Source: Hormiphora californensis
Lineage: Eukaryota > Animalia > Ctenophora
Reading direction: 5' to 3'
DNA length: 64,000 nt
Assembly (NCBI GenBank): GCA_020137815.1
Contig: CM035362.1
Span: 2,046,001-2,110,000 of the forward strand
The position numbers and the translations under genes are program-made. The notes under the pieces were generated by a model. It ran no database searches. It worked only from the letters and a program-made list of their open reading frames with translations, and was not told the origin of the DNA. Positions 12,396-51,460 of the stretch are shown one piece after another; the first letter of the stretch is position 1, and every line of letters starts with the position of its first letter.

Positions 12396-12850
12396 CGTGA
12401 ATCTAGGGTTGAAGTTTTGTCTCAACTCTCACATTAACCTTGAAGATGAGAAGAGTGGTTCAGCTTGATGAGGAAGCTACGTTCTTCACGCATACCAAGA
12501 CGAGGATTGTCTACCCCGCCGATCATCTCGAGACGATCGTCAACGAAAACATTGGCGAACTTCTAGAGAATATAGACAACAACGGGAAGGTTCCTGGTGG
12601 ATCGTGAATGATATTGAAAAAATTTAGATTTCAAAAGCACGGTACGTAATACAAAAACATCAAACTTATTAGTTCATGTTAACCACAAGTTCTAATTTAT
12701 AGAGGCACACATCTAAATAACTAAATATGCTCACAGGTATACACTATACGCTGAGATGCTCTCATCGAGAATTGCCCGGCTTTTTGGCCAAGAGAACAAA
12801 ATGCTTACTCAATATAAAGAGCGATGACAAAATTTGTTGCTTACCCTCAA
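12396..12850 (+). pseudogene. Degenerate partial duplicate of the pPolB-like exon/intron/exon at 13325-13760
   Basis: High similarity, including the same intron (gcacg|gtacgt…ctcacag|gtatac), with frameshifts and stops. Confidence 0.8.
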
Positions 12851-13253
12851 CCCAAACTTTAAACGAAACCATGATCTCTTCTGCTATCCGATCCGGATCT
12901 TTAACCGCTGATGTCACCGGCAGACTCCATGCCCATAAAATCCCCACACGGTTTGCGGTAAAATGCCAGATCAAAGTGGAAGACAAGACAAAGGACTTCC
13001 GATCAAGGCCCCGAGTGGTCTACTCCAAGGAGAGGATCCCTAACTTGGTTTCGGCATTGGGTGCTGAAATGTTTAACGCACAAGTTCGACATGTTAGCTG
13101 CTCATGCAGTCGTTAGTGGGCAGGGAGCGAGGATTATAAACCCAACCCTGCTACTGGAGGATGCTTCTCCCATATCATTCAGACATCCAAAACAAGAGGA
13201 TAGAGAGTCCCTAAATGGATGGATGACAAAGACGTATATACGTCCAGAGAGCA

Positions 13254-14480
13254 GTGCCTGATTATGAGGGTGTATTGCGCCAAAATACGCAATTAATTGT
13301 TGAAAATCTGAGGAACTTCCTCTCTGTGAATCTAGGGTTAAAGTTTTCCCTAACATTAACCTTGAGGATGAGAAGAGCGGTTCAGATTGAAGAGGAAGCT
13401 ACATTCTTCACCCATACCAAGACGAGGATCGTCTATCCCGCCGATCATCTCGAAACGATCGTCAACGAACACATAGGCGAGCTACTAGAAAACATTGACA
13501 ACTTGGAACGGGAGGGGTCCGGGTGGATCGTGAATGATATTGAAAAGATTGAAATTTCAAAAGCACGGTACGTAAAAAACTCATTAGTTCATTTTTCAAC
13601 TGTCCACCACAAGTTTCAATTCATAGAGACACACATCTATATGCTCACAGGTATACGCCGACGCTGAGAGGTTGCCATCAAGAATTGCCCGACTATTTGG
13701 CCAACAGAACCAAGTGTCTGCTCAACATAAAGAGCGATGACAAAAATGTCTATTATATTGTTTAATAGCTGGCACAATGAAAGATGATGAGCTGCCAAAT
13801 AGGAACATGCGGAGAAAGGCGAGTTCTGACAAAGCACATGAGGCTGATTGGCAGATGGATGGAATTATAAACTTCCCCATAACTGATTTGAAGCAGGTAT
13901 ACTACTGGTAGAGACAGAATTTAAAATGTTTTTGAGCGATATCAAAACCAGTACCTTTCAGCTGGATAGAATTGAGAGTCAGAATGATATTGCCATCAGT
14001 GTATTTGGTACTGCCGAGTGTGGAATCTATCCGGTGAGACCATCAAAGATACAAGGGTGGTAGATGTGTTAGCCCAAACACAAAGGCGCCAACCATTTAT
14101 GTCGCAACTGCTTTTACATGTAAGTATTTCCTCACCATCTCTCTCTCTTTTGGGATTACACCCTCAATTCCTGTACTTATGATCCTCATTATTGCAGCAC
14201 GTCCACCAAAAAGGTGTATGATGAGCATATAGAGCAGTGTTTCAAAAATGCTCCTCAAATTACTACAATGCCTTACGAGAAATATTTGGAATTCAAAGTA
14301 TATCAAAAGATGATTGACCATCCGTTTTATATAGGTACGTACAAATCTCATTTCCCGCGGATGGGGTGGATTTTTAGCACAGAGTGAGAGAGAGGGGGGA
14401 GGAGGTAGAGTTTACGATTTGACCTATTGTAAACTATTTTCAGCTGCTGATTTCGAATGTCTTTTGGAGCCAGAGTGTGT
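13254..14480 (+). pseudogene. Spliced, decayed N-terminal part of a Polinton/adintovirus-type protein-primed DNA polymerase B
   Basis: LEREGSGWIV; ELPDYLANRTKCLLNIKSDD; IESQNDIAISVFG…IYPVRPSK; LCRNCF; HIEQC…MP…LEFK…IDHPFYI|AADFECLL (ExoI-like). Segments are separated by GT-AG introns. No polymerase palm motifs seen. Confidence 0.7.
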
Positions 14481-16229
14481 ATTTTGCGAAGGATATCCTA
14501 AATGCACAGGGAACACAACAGGCATAGCGCTACTCAGTGAGTACACACTCCGTTTGCCTACAGTCTTAAGGTTCACAGCACGTACGTCTCGGGTTGTTGA
14601 AGACCTCACCTCCTGGAGAATGATTTTCTCCAAACGTGGGAGCTAGACGCCTCGTTATCCGAAGCGGAAGTTGGCTCCATGGGGCCACAGGCCAACAACT
14701 ATCCAACATGTTGGGCGTTGGCGGCCTGTAACCCACCAATGGAGGACCTCCCTCCCTTCTCCACCTCCCCCCACGCGATTACAGTAGTGGAATGCCACTA
14801 CCAAACGGCAGTTTGAATCTGCACCTGCAAACAATTCTACAAAATTTCTTCTTATGATGAATGGCATATATCGGGAGAAAGAAACACCAGAAGAAAAAAG
14901 GTAGCAAGTTTTTTCAATCATCTGGATGATTGTTTAAATCTTTTAAATTTTCAGAATTCCTACACTCTAAATATTTTTCAGATAAAAGTGGTGCTTTGAC
15001 CCCCGATGCTGTTGGAGAGGTCTCGATCTCCCTGCCGGACCCCTCAGACCCTCCCACCCAACTGGAGGGAGTTGTATCCTGTCATTTGGCAGGGAGACCG
15101 CCGGTTCTGGCGAAGACTCATCTTTGCTACCTACTGTAAGTTCTGCTCTTGATTTCCATTGAAAGTGACGAAAAGGCCTTACTTGATGTGCAGTGCACCC
15201 AATGGGTGCGCTAGTTATAAACAATATTCGGGCCTGGCAAGGTCACAAGACCCAAAAATAAACCAATCTCAACCCATCCTTCTACAAACAACGGAGCCGA
15301 CAGCCGACAGACGAATAACAAACAGATGAAAAAGTCCATTATAACCATAAAACCATAGACATTTTTCGAGTGAAAGTTTGCTTTCAGGAACAGGCCTCCG
15401 ATGACGAGTACGAGGAGGAAATGTTCAGTTTTGGGGACATTAATCAAGATAATCTTGAATTTTTGGCGAGGGTGAGCGGGTCTGGAGAGACAATGTCATA
15501 CATTCTACAAAGATGCAATGAGTTGGAAATGTAAGTGGTATTGCGATTGTCATGCTAGAAAAACTGCATTATAGAGCATTGTGTAGGGCTGGTGCTCTAT
15601 TATAATTGGGAGATGAACGACGTCGAAGTGATGGCCGTTCGTTCGCTAGTTATATCATATTTTAAACTAAACCTAACTTTCACTCAATCCTTTTTTTCCC
15701 TCAGCAAGTTCCAAAAAACACCAACTCCAACAGTTATGAAGAAGCTGTATGAAAAGTTGGATACAGATATGATAGGGATTTATGGTGCAAAACCGATTGA
15801 AAACCTAACTGCGCTCATAGAGCATTGTGTAGGGCTGGTGCACAAGATAAAGGTATGTAATGAATGATATTTGATTCGACAAGAGAAGTTGCCAAGAGCG
15901 TGAACCCCTGTTGGGGACCCTACGCCCTGGGGTCAAACTTAATGATACCAAAACCGCGGTGCACCGCTAATGGCGGCCGAGATTGAAAATGAATGATATT
16001 GTATAGCCTGCATATACCACGTGAACTAGAGGTGTAAATTACAAACCTCTTCAGCACCCGAGAAGTGGCACTAATGGTGATAAAGGTCTCACGGACAGGG
16101 AGCTCCAGCTGGTCCAACATCTGGACTTGAAGCCCTTGGACGTCATCAAGGTAAGTTTGTATCGTCGTTATTAGTCCAGCGCTGTTCAGCCGATTGAGAC
16201 CCACTTTTGCATTATTGCATATTATTATA

Positions 16230-16790
16230 TAGTAACGACAGTTATCTGGAGTTGGTGACTGAGGGGACAATGTGTTTTTACGTCCCTACATACATATTGC
16301 AGCTACTAACACGTGCCTCCTCTTATCCGTCCGTGCTGGCGTGGAGCAAGGTATGTAAGGGTAGTTTTAATTATCATAGTATTATATTTTCATATTCAAA
16401 TACTTCATTCATCGTGATTGTTTTGTCTACTTCATAAACTAATATTCCTCATTATTTTTAGAAAATGCAGTCTACCAGCTGCAACACCATTGTGGCGGTT
16501 GTACACCCTAATGGGAGTCACTGGGCAGTGGTGGTTGTCGACCTGAGCAGGCCCGCTTTCTGGATTCCCTCCACCAAGACCCAAAAGAGGAGGTGGACCA
16601 ATTTATGAATTGGGTGTCCTCAGTGTTCAACCGAACATGGTCTGTGTTTGCAGACAAGGTAATATATGATTAAGTACGCTCACTTTACATCTCTCTTTTG
16701 TATGTCTCTTCATCTCTAGTTGAGATTCTCAACTAAGCTGTTTCTATTGCATCTTCAGACGGTCCCACACCAGGGAGGAACGCTGCAAAA
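16230..16790 (+). pseudogene. Ulp1/SENP-like (C48) cysteine protease fragment, spliced and degenerate
   Basis: Exon ~16462-16658 reads IVAVVHPNGSHWAVVVVDL…(fs)LDSL; the next exon from ~16759 reads TVPHQ. The catalytic Cys motif is not seen. Confidence 0.6.
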
Positions 16791-16820
16791 GCCAAAAGGT
16801 GCAACAAAGTGCAAGAGATT

Positions 16821-17478
16821 GTGATTAGGCCAGGGATTTTTTGTCATTTTGGGGCCATTTGGTGAACTGAGACATAACAAAGGTTTTCCACATGCATTGT
16901 ACTCCTATGTAGTCAGGACCACTATTGGTGTGCGGTCGTGCCCACGGAAGGAGTGCTTGGATCATCTTGAAACCGGTTTTAAGTTAACTAATGCATATCC
17001 AAAAGTGTCTGTAGCTATTTTGGTGATGTTCTGACAATCCAATCGCGAGTTATGACCAAAAAACAGTCAAAAAGACGTTTTAAAGTGACAAAAAGGGGGA
17101 CCTGAACACAGCCCTTAATATGAAGGGTTGGGGCTATGAAACTTCTTGAGTGGACAGAGAATCGTCTAAATTTGCAGTCTCAACTTTGAAATATACCAAA
17201 GTTGATTCTTTTGGTCCCAATCGATTCTGCTGCTCATTCTACACATTTTAGTGCCCTCATTTTTGTCTCTACTACAATCCAAAGCAAAGTTGCTATTTTT
17301 GGTTGAGGCTTAAAATACAGGCAATTAAGGGCGTGGCCATTTTGGGCACTCTCTTCACCTCGGTTGGAGTGGAAAATTTTTTTGGTGTTTCTGAGACCCC
17401 ATAGGAGTACAATGCAAGTGGAAAACCTCTGTTATGTCTCAGTTCACCAAATTTGCAAAAACGCCCTGGATCACTAAG
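16821..17478. mobile_element. TIR element containing a partial copy of the GTCAGG foldback family (16910-~17200)
   Basis: Inverted arms tttggtgaactgagacataac…ctcctatg / cataggag…gttatgtctcagttcaccaaa. The inner part matches 24842 onward. Confidence 0.75.
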
Positions 17479-18769
17479 TACAATCTGAGTTTCTGTTTTG
17501 TGCTTTTAGGGAGGTTTTCTTATCTAAAACTTTTTCAGGTAAATAAAGAGGAGCTCTTACTGAAACGTGAGTTGAAAGTGCTAAGATAGAGATAAAGTTC
17601 CAAAAGGTGCAAAAAATAAGGAAACTACGTCAAAAACGTAAGTGTTATAAAAGTGATTGACTCTCACCGCCAGTTCTTATAGTTTCCAGTTTTACATCGT
17701 AGTATTATAGGTAGAACTATAGTAAACTAATTTCTCTCCATAACATTTCTTTGCTCAATAGATCGAGCAAGGTAGTCCACACAATGGCTGAAACTGTTGG
17801 CACCGACCACCTCACCATCAGTAATCTTGCAGGGGAACAGGTAACTCATACATTCAGTAGTATTATCTAGCTACAATGCCAGGAGTTCCCGTGGTCAACA
17901 ACAGAACAGAAAAAGTTCTCGCTGATGCTGCAATATCAAATGACAAATTCAAACCACTTTTTGTAAAAATGGGTAAGTTTTTATGAGGTATCATCACAAC
18001 ACAGTGCAAAGGTGCCTAAAATCGATTTCTCGTAACATTTCTTATGAAATGTTATCCGATATTTCTCTCACTACTTCTCCCTCTGATCTTGCAAGACCGT
18101 GCCAAAAAGAATACTTTTTTCACTGTTCTTGGCAAATTTTCTAATGTTTAATAGACGAGGGGTCTACTTGAAGGGTTCCCAGTTTGATTGAACTACCTTT
18201 ACGTTTGCAGAGCAGAAATATAAGAACCCACAAGTCGCCCTGTTGACGAAATTGGATTTTGTCAACAAGGTAAGGGATCTGGAACGAGAAGCTGCCTTCA
18301 ATGATCCGGGCTACCCTCAAAACATGCCCCTTACCACTGCAACTCACAGAGGGAAAAAACACAGTGCCTGTAAGTTTCTGCCTTATTAGTCACGGTGATC
18401 CTGAAGGATATGAAACTTGATCCCCCTGATATTATCTTCTATCTGTTTTGTTTTAAATTTACTAGGAAATGTCTTTTCGGGCGACGTTGGACTTGCCGGG
18501 TAAACACCCAAAATAGGCACAATTTGCATTCACTCTCCATTAATCCCCATCAATCCCATTGCTCACCAACCATAACAACCACATTTTCATCTCAGAGATT
18601 TCAACATGAAGATACCAAAAAACTTGGTAACAGATTTGAAGAATAAAATGACAAGAGAGATGAGGAGAGTCTCAACTGGAAATCCGGAAGAAGAGATTAG
18701 TACCCTCTTCAAGATATGCAATAATATTGTCGAAACGATCAAGGTAAATTTTCTGGGAATTTTCTTCAT

Positions 18770-18812
18770 CTCCCTCACTCTCTCTATCACACACACTCTC
18801 TTTCTCTCTCTT

Positions 18813-18889
<77 letters not shown>

Positions 18890-18910
18890 CTATCTCTATC
18901 ACACACACTG
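18770..18910. repeat. (CT)n microsatellite
   Basis: Direct. Confidence 0.9.
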
Positions 18911-19001
18911 GGATTCACGGTATTCGAAAAAGCTCTGAAAGATGATTTCAATATCATAGCGATCTCAAAGGATGTAAGTTAAGAAAAATTGCACTGCCAT
19001 A

Positions 19002-19286
19002 TAGGGATCCCTAAAAAAGTTCAGTATTTACACAGAGTTTACACAGTCGTTACACCCAGAGCGCCCGCGCCGCTCTGGGTGTAAAGACTGCGTCTTTCGC
19101 ACTCGATTTGCAGCGTTTTCGGAAACTTTTTTCGCCGCAGCGCTCAATTTACTCAATTGTGCAGCACACAATCCAATATTTTCTTAGAAAAAGCCGCAAA
19201 ACGCAGCACGCGCCGCTCTGGGTGTAATGACTGTGTAAAGACTGTGTAAACTCTGTGTAAATACTGAACTTTTTTAGGGATCCCTA
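19002..19286. mobile_element. MITE with ~50-bp TIRs
   Basis: TAGGGATCCCTAAAAAAGTTCAGTATTTACACAGAG…CTCTGTGTAAATACTGAACTTTTTTAGGGATCCCTA; TSD unclear. Confidence 0.8.
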
Positions 19287-20349
19287 TTACCAACGCGTAA
19301 ACAATGGCATGCCCCAAATCTTTCTCTCTGTCTCTATGTATCACTTTTCACTGTCGTACTTTTCTTCTGTACTGTGACAGCTTTGGTCATATAAAGTGTT
19401 TTATGAAGAAGCAGTCTGTCGCGTAGATCTACCGCCTAACGAACGGCCACTTCGACGCGACATCTCCAAATTATAATAGAGATCCTTTAGGCAAAGTTTC
19501 AAGGGAGGCAGCCACCGATATGGCTCAGTACCTAAATGTTGATGAGCTGAAGCAACATTTACGAGACCTAGGCATACAGCTATATATAGATCAGGATGAG
19601 GATGAGGACGTAAGTATGGTTAAATCTATTCTGTTTGTGTGTGACACAGTTTGACAAGGTTTTGACATTTGTATGTCTTATAATGACATCCCCCTACCTT
19701 TGCAGATGTGGGATGATGACCTAGTGTTTCGACCAGGTCAACTGGAGAGCCTGTTGCCGCCGCAGGACTCTTTCAATGTCAATGATGCGGTAATATTCAT
19801 CACAAATTATGAATAACATGTTGATAAATTAACAAATTTAACACCTCATATCAATACAGGTAGCTTCTACACCGCTGCCTACTGCAGGAGGACCAGGACC
19901 AGGACTGGTTACTCTGGCTCTAAACATGAGTCCTGGTCACAACGCCACAATGGACCTCCTCAATGCGGTAAGCTAGCTACATCTAATAATCTAGCTACAT
20001 CTAATAATCTAGCTACATCTAATAAGTCACATTACTTTAGTAACACATGGTATCACAGGTACATCCGTCTGTGGAGCCCTCCTCATCTCAGGTTGTGAGG
20101 AAAACTGTGGGGGAGAGGTTAGGAAACAATATAATTAAGAGAAACCTAGAAGCGGAGGGAATTCCTCTAGCATCCCAGAGGACTAATAAGAACAATTTCC
20201 TCGCTCATGTCAAGAGTAAGTGGATATTTAGAGCTTGCTCATTCAGAGATGTAGATTCGAAATAAAATGTAGGAAAATATGCTTTATGATCATATAATAT
20301 GTGTAATATATTGATCCTTTAGGCAAAGTTTCAAGGGAGGCAGCCACCG

Positions 20350-20935
20350 ATATGGCTCAAGTACCTAAATGTGTATGAGCTAAAGCAACATTTACGGGAC
20401 CTAGGCATACAGTTCCGGTCAAAATACAAGAAAGCAGATCTGAAGGGGCTGCTGATCAAGGTTTGTGTGCTGCATGTATTGGTATATTACCAGTGTACAG
20501 TCGAACCCCGATTTACCGGGAGGATAAACTTCCCCCGACATAGAAAATTAACAGTTATTGACCCTGATCCCACCCTGATATACCGGGCACCCCGATTTAC
20601 CGGGCAAAACCCGTTCCCCCAAGGATCCCGGTAAATCGGGGTCCGACTGTACCAAGTTAGGATCTTCCTATTCCACTCATAGTCTAAACATTCTTATTTC
20701 ACGCAGGATGGATATCAATGTCCTGAGCATTTTGAACGGTTTCCGGGTGGCCACCATGGCTGATATGGGCATGTACGCCCGCTTTCCCGCCCCACCACCA
20801 CCTCCACAGCACCTCCCTCCTCTACCTCCAACCCGGGCATCTTCCTCGGGGAGGAGGGGGAATCGGCCCAGAAAGCCCTATGACAAACCCCGGTGTTACA
20901 GATGCAACAAACGGGGACACCCTGCAGCTACAGTC
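20350..20935 (+). pseudogene. Small spliced gene remnant: SAP/HeH-like helix pair, Pro-rich linker and CCHC-like knuckle
   Basis: LNVYELKQHLRDLGIQFRSKYKKADLKGLLIK|…RCYRCNKRGH. A partial duplicate of the first exon lies at 19481-19580. Confidence 0.5.
20498..20649. mobile_element. Pogo/Tigger-like MITE
   Basis: TA|CAGTCGAACCCCGATTTACCGGG…CCCGGTAAATCGGGGTCCGACTG|TA. Confidence 0.85.
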
Positions 20936-21324
20936 CCGGATACAGTCGAGTCCCGGAACGTATTCATGTATATTATATCTGCGGTGTTACAAGAGCTAAA
21001 TGACTACAATATATTTTACTGACACTCCGTGGCATTTTATTGTAATTAAAGTAAATGTGTGAAGACGTGAAATATTAGTTCTCGAAAGCTTCTTTGTTGA
21101 TTAAATCAACTTGATTTAGTACCTTTATACCGATGTCTATCTTGTTAATCATTACATCTATTTTCCAACCACTTTTTATTTACAACCCCTACCAATGCTG
21201 TAATTAAAACCCCTAACAAATATCGTTTATCCACTATAAATGAACCCCTAACAAATCACGTGTATCCACTATCCACTAATGAACCCCTAACAAATATATC
21301 GTGTATCCACCACTAGCTCGTGCC

Positions 21325-22459
21325 ATGGGAATTAAACAGCTCTCCAAAGTGATAGCGGACATTTCGCCGGGTGCCATCAAGCAAGGGGAGATGAAAAACT
21401 ACTTCGGTCGGACCATCGCAGTTGATGCCAGTATGTGTCTCTACCAGTTTCTAATTGCAGTCCGGAACGAAGGGTCCTTCCAGATGACCGATGCGAATGG
21501 TGAGATCACCAGTCATATCATTGGTGTTTTCTACCGGACCATCAGAATGATGGATAACGGTTTGAAGCCCGTGTACGTATTTCGATGGAAAGCCCCCTAC
21601 TATGAAGGGTGGTGAGTTGGCCAAGAGGACGGAGCGGAGGGAGGAGGCAGCGAAGGAACTAGCAAAAGCAGAGGCTGCTCAGGATCAGGAAAATATTGAT
21701 AAGTTTAGTAAACGGTTGGTAAGAGTTGAGAAACACCACGCAGAGGAAGTGAAACAGCTGCTAAAATTAATGGGTGTGCCGTATGTAAATGCTCCCTGTG
21801 AGGCAGAGGCTCAGTGTGCCGAGCTCGTAAAAAAGGGAAAGTGCTTTGGTGTTGGAACTGAGGATATGGATGCACTGACCTTCGGAGCAAACAAACTAGT
21901 TCGACATTTGACGTTCAGTGAGTCTCGCAAGATCCCGGTCCAGGAGTTCGATTTAGCGAAGGTACTTTCTGAATCCGGCCTTTCGATGGACCAGTTTATC
22001 GACTTGTGTATTCTACTGGGCTGTGATTACTGTGACACGATCAAGGGAATCGGTCCTAAGAAAGCCCTGACTCTGATAACAGAACACGGGAGTATCGAGG
22101 AGATCTTGAAGAAGATCGATCAAACCAAATACCCTCCACCGGCGGAGTGGCCCTTTGACATGGCGAGGAAGCTGTTTCAGAACCCTGATGTTGAGGATGG
22201 GGCAGGCTTTGATTTGAAGTTCACTGACCCCGACGAGGAAGGACTCGTTAAATTCCTGTGCGAGGAAAAGAATTTCTCGGAAGAGCGAGTGAGGGGTGGA
22301 ATTAAGAAAATTTTGGCCAGCAAGAGCAAAGCAAAGCAGGGAAGATTGGACAGTTTTTTCAAGGTTAAGCCTGCAGAGCCTGTGAAAGCATCGCCAAGCT
22401 CGAAACGAAAATCGGACGGTAAATCCAAAGGAACGGCGTCCAAACGGGGCAAAAAATGA
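21325..22459 (+). CDS. FEN1: Flap endonuclease 1, intronless; one apparent +1 frameshift near 21580
   Basis: [10 protein letters not shown]…[18 protein letters not shown]…KPVYVF(DG)…[10 protein letters not shown]…[10 protein letters not shown]…LLGCDY…GIGPKKA…PIP box QGRLDSFF. Confidence 0.96.
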
Positions 22460-22782
22460 ACTCTTCAGCAAATATGGACAATGCTTCGCTTCTTAGTATA
22501 ACTTACGTTCAGATAATCATATTAATTAATAATAATAATGGTTTATTTATTTTGCCTGTTTACCCCACTCGAAATATCGTTTCTCTCCCCCACCATGTGT
22601 TGTACGTCTACGGTCTACCCACCCTCTGACCACTCTAATTGAGCCGTTTTGTAATTTACTACATTACCATCTGTTATAATAGGTGTCATAGTAAAGATTT
22701 CCCAAAGAGGAGAAGCTCAGCAGGAGAAGTGGGCTAGACCCATCACCACGCTCAATAGTGATCAAGAGTGGGTCGATAAACC

Positions 22783-34446
<11,664 letters not shown>

Positions 34447-34690
34447 TGAGTGGTGATGATAACGATATAAGACTTTCTTTCTGAATATGTATAGAGTCTA
34501 TATTATAGATCCGATATAGAGTCAATATTTAATTGAAAAAGCGTCTCAACTTGGCATGATTGGTAATCTTTATCTAGTTCATCTTGCAGCAGCTGAGTTT
34601 TCTTGTATGATGATTCCCGATAAATCGTTATACCCCCTCTCCCCTGTATTATAACTTATAATATCCTCCTCCACTAATTATATAGCCATC

Positions 34691-49294
<14,604 letters not shown>

Positions 49295-50639
49295 AGAGAC
49301 AATTGAATGGAGATACTGGGCCGTGCTAGTAAGGGTTGAATAGTGAGACTGCTGTTGTGACCTTTTGTGTGTTTAATCGAGACTGGGATAGAAAGGGTTG
49401 TATAGCTCACATCGCATTTTCGGTAGGGTTCGGTAAGGTTGAATAGAGACTGCGGTTGTGACCTTGTGTGGTTAACTTGTCGTTCGCTTGCTTTTTCATC
49501 TGCAAGTTCTCAATTAAAGCCCTGTGCGATAATTGGATAAACTTAGCGTTGAACTGTGCAGAAAGAAAGTTTTTTAATAAGGATTCATATCCATATTTAT
49601 GTTATATTTTAACGATATTTATTTACTATTCTTATTTAAACTTCACATTTCCGAACCAAACCAAACATCGTGTGTTACTGTAAAATTAATTAACCAAATG
49701 GTTGGAAATGGGTATTCGGTAGGTCCTGCAATGTACCAAGCGCCTGTCTGGTGGTGCTAGACTTCGTTTTGATTCTCACAAATCACAGTGCGACTGTGCT
49801 CAGACCGGACCGCTAGACAGCATCCAGTTCGGGTCCAGTTCCTCTACATGGGATGTAATGCGCGTTATTATATTACCTACGCTGCAAAACAATGACGCGC
49901 GGTCAGTTTTTATTTTACAGTGCGCGCCGAAAAGTTTAAATCACAAACTCAGTTTTTTCAAAAAAAAAGCCCAAAAATTTTTGTTGACTCGCTGCTTGGC
50001 ATGCGCTGCAGACCCCAAGTGCGCGCGTTTTCCACGGCTTCTAGGGGCCTGGGGGTTGGTACGCGCGGTAGACCCCCTTTGAGACACGACATAACTTTGC
50101 GGACGTGATTTTGGCGGGCGCTATATCTCCGGCACCTGAAGTCCGTTTGACAAAATTCCAACGCCAGTCGATAGTCCTCGATGTCTTCTACCTCCCTGTT
50201 TTTAATTGAAGTTAATTGGCCTTAATTGGCCAGAGTTATGGCCAGTCAAAGTTTTCGCGCGTTACGTCCAAATTTACCTCGCGCGGCTCGTTTTTTATTA
50301 TTCACTGCGAATATTCCCGAGTTACGTTGACGTTTGACGTCGTATCTCTCTTATTTCTTTATCAATTTCGACGTTCTAAAGCTCGCTGGATAGGAAATTG
50401 TCAGCTCTTTCCAACGGTCCCAAGAACATGAAGATTGGATACAAACTCGTGGAGATATGGCTTAAATTGTCCCAAAGTTGAATAATTGACGCCGCGGCGC
50501 GTGTTTAAGCGATATTTTTTCATTTCGTCCCAGCTTGGCCCAGCTTTTGACTTCGTTACAGCTTTAAAGTCGACCCGTGGATACTTTTAAAATGTCTTTA
50601 GGACACCTGAAGATGACATATGAGAGAGCAGTGGACCGG

Positions 50640-50820
50640 GTGACCTCTCACAGTTAGTTGAGAGTACGTAATACCTTGCTGCCACCACTAGGGTTCACTC
50701 ACTTTACACTTTAGGTTGTTCGAAGCTGTAGAAGATCAGATCTCTCAGCCAGTCCAGCACTGAGTTGTTGTTCCTGTAACCTTGAACAGGAGGTTTATCC
50801 GGGATTTCCTTGAAGTGCTT
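50640..50820 (-). mobile_element. CR1 ORF2 C-terminal fragment
   Basis: Translates to KEIPDKPPVQGYRNNNSVLDW, like the CR1 end motif DRPPVRGY. Confidence 0.55.
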
Positions 50821-50939
50821 ATCCTATCCAATATGGGTTATATGGCAGTCTTCGTTTCAGTCTAGTACAATACCTGCCGTTATGAAGGAACAGTTCATTT
50901 GCCCCATCTTCAAGAAAGGTGACCGATCAATACCTGGAA

Positions 50940-50992
50940 GCGTTATGTATTATGTATACAAGATTTAATAATAATAATAATAATAATAATAA
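50940..50992 (+). mobile_element. 53-bp retroposed fragment with (AAT)n tail
   Basis: 12-bp TSD caatacctggaa. Confidence 0.75.
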
Positions 50993-51460
50993 CAATACCT
51001 GGAAACTATAGACCAGTTTCCCTAACGTCTCACCTTTCCAAAACCTTTGAGAGAATTGTCAGGGATCACCTAACGGAGTTCCTGGAGAGGGCAGAGCTGC
51101 ACTGTAATGGTCAACATGGGTTCAGGAAAGGGAGAAGTACTATGACCCATCTTCTCGCCCATATCGACAGAGTTCTCAAACATCTGACGGACAACAACGA
51201 AGTCGATGTGCTTTACCTAGATTTCCAAAAAGCATTCGACCGAGTTGATATTGGGGTCTTACTGAGAAAATTGCAAAGATATGGCGTGAGAGGAAAGCTA
51301 CTTGCTTGGATAAAGGAATTCCTCACCAATAGGAAGCAAGCAGTACTAGTGGATGGAGAGCAGTCTCGGTGGGAATGGGTCATCAGCAGTGTGATCCAGG
51401 GAAGCGTGCTGGGACCTATCCTGTTCCTGTTCTACGTAATCGACTTGAAAGAGTCGTTGT

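Noticed and set aside
50600-50670. Possible hammerhead ribozyme (CTGAAGA); similar CTGATGA near 45811
   Set aside because: Could not place the GAAA core or all three stems.
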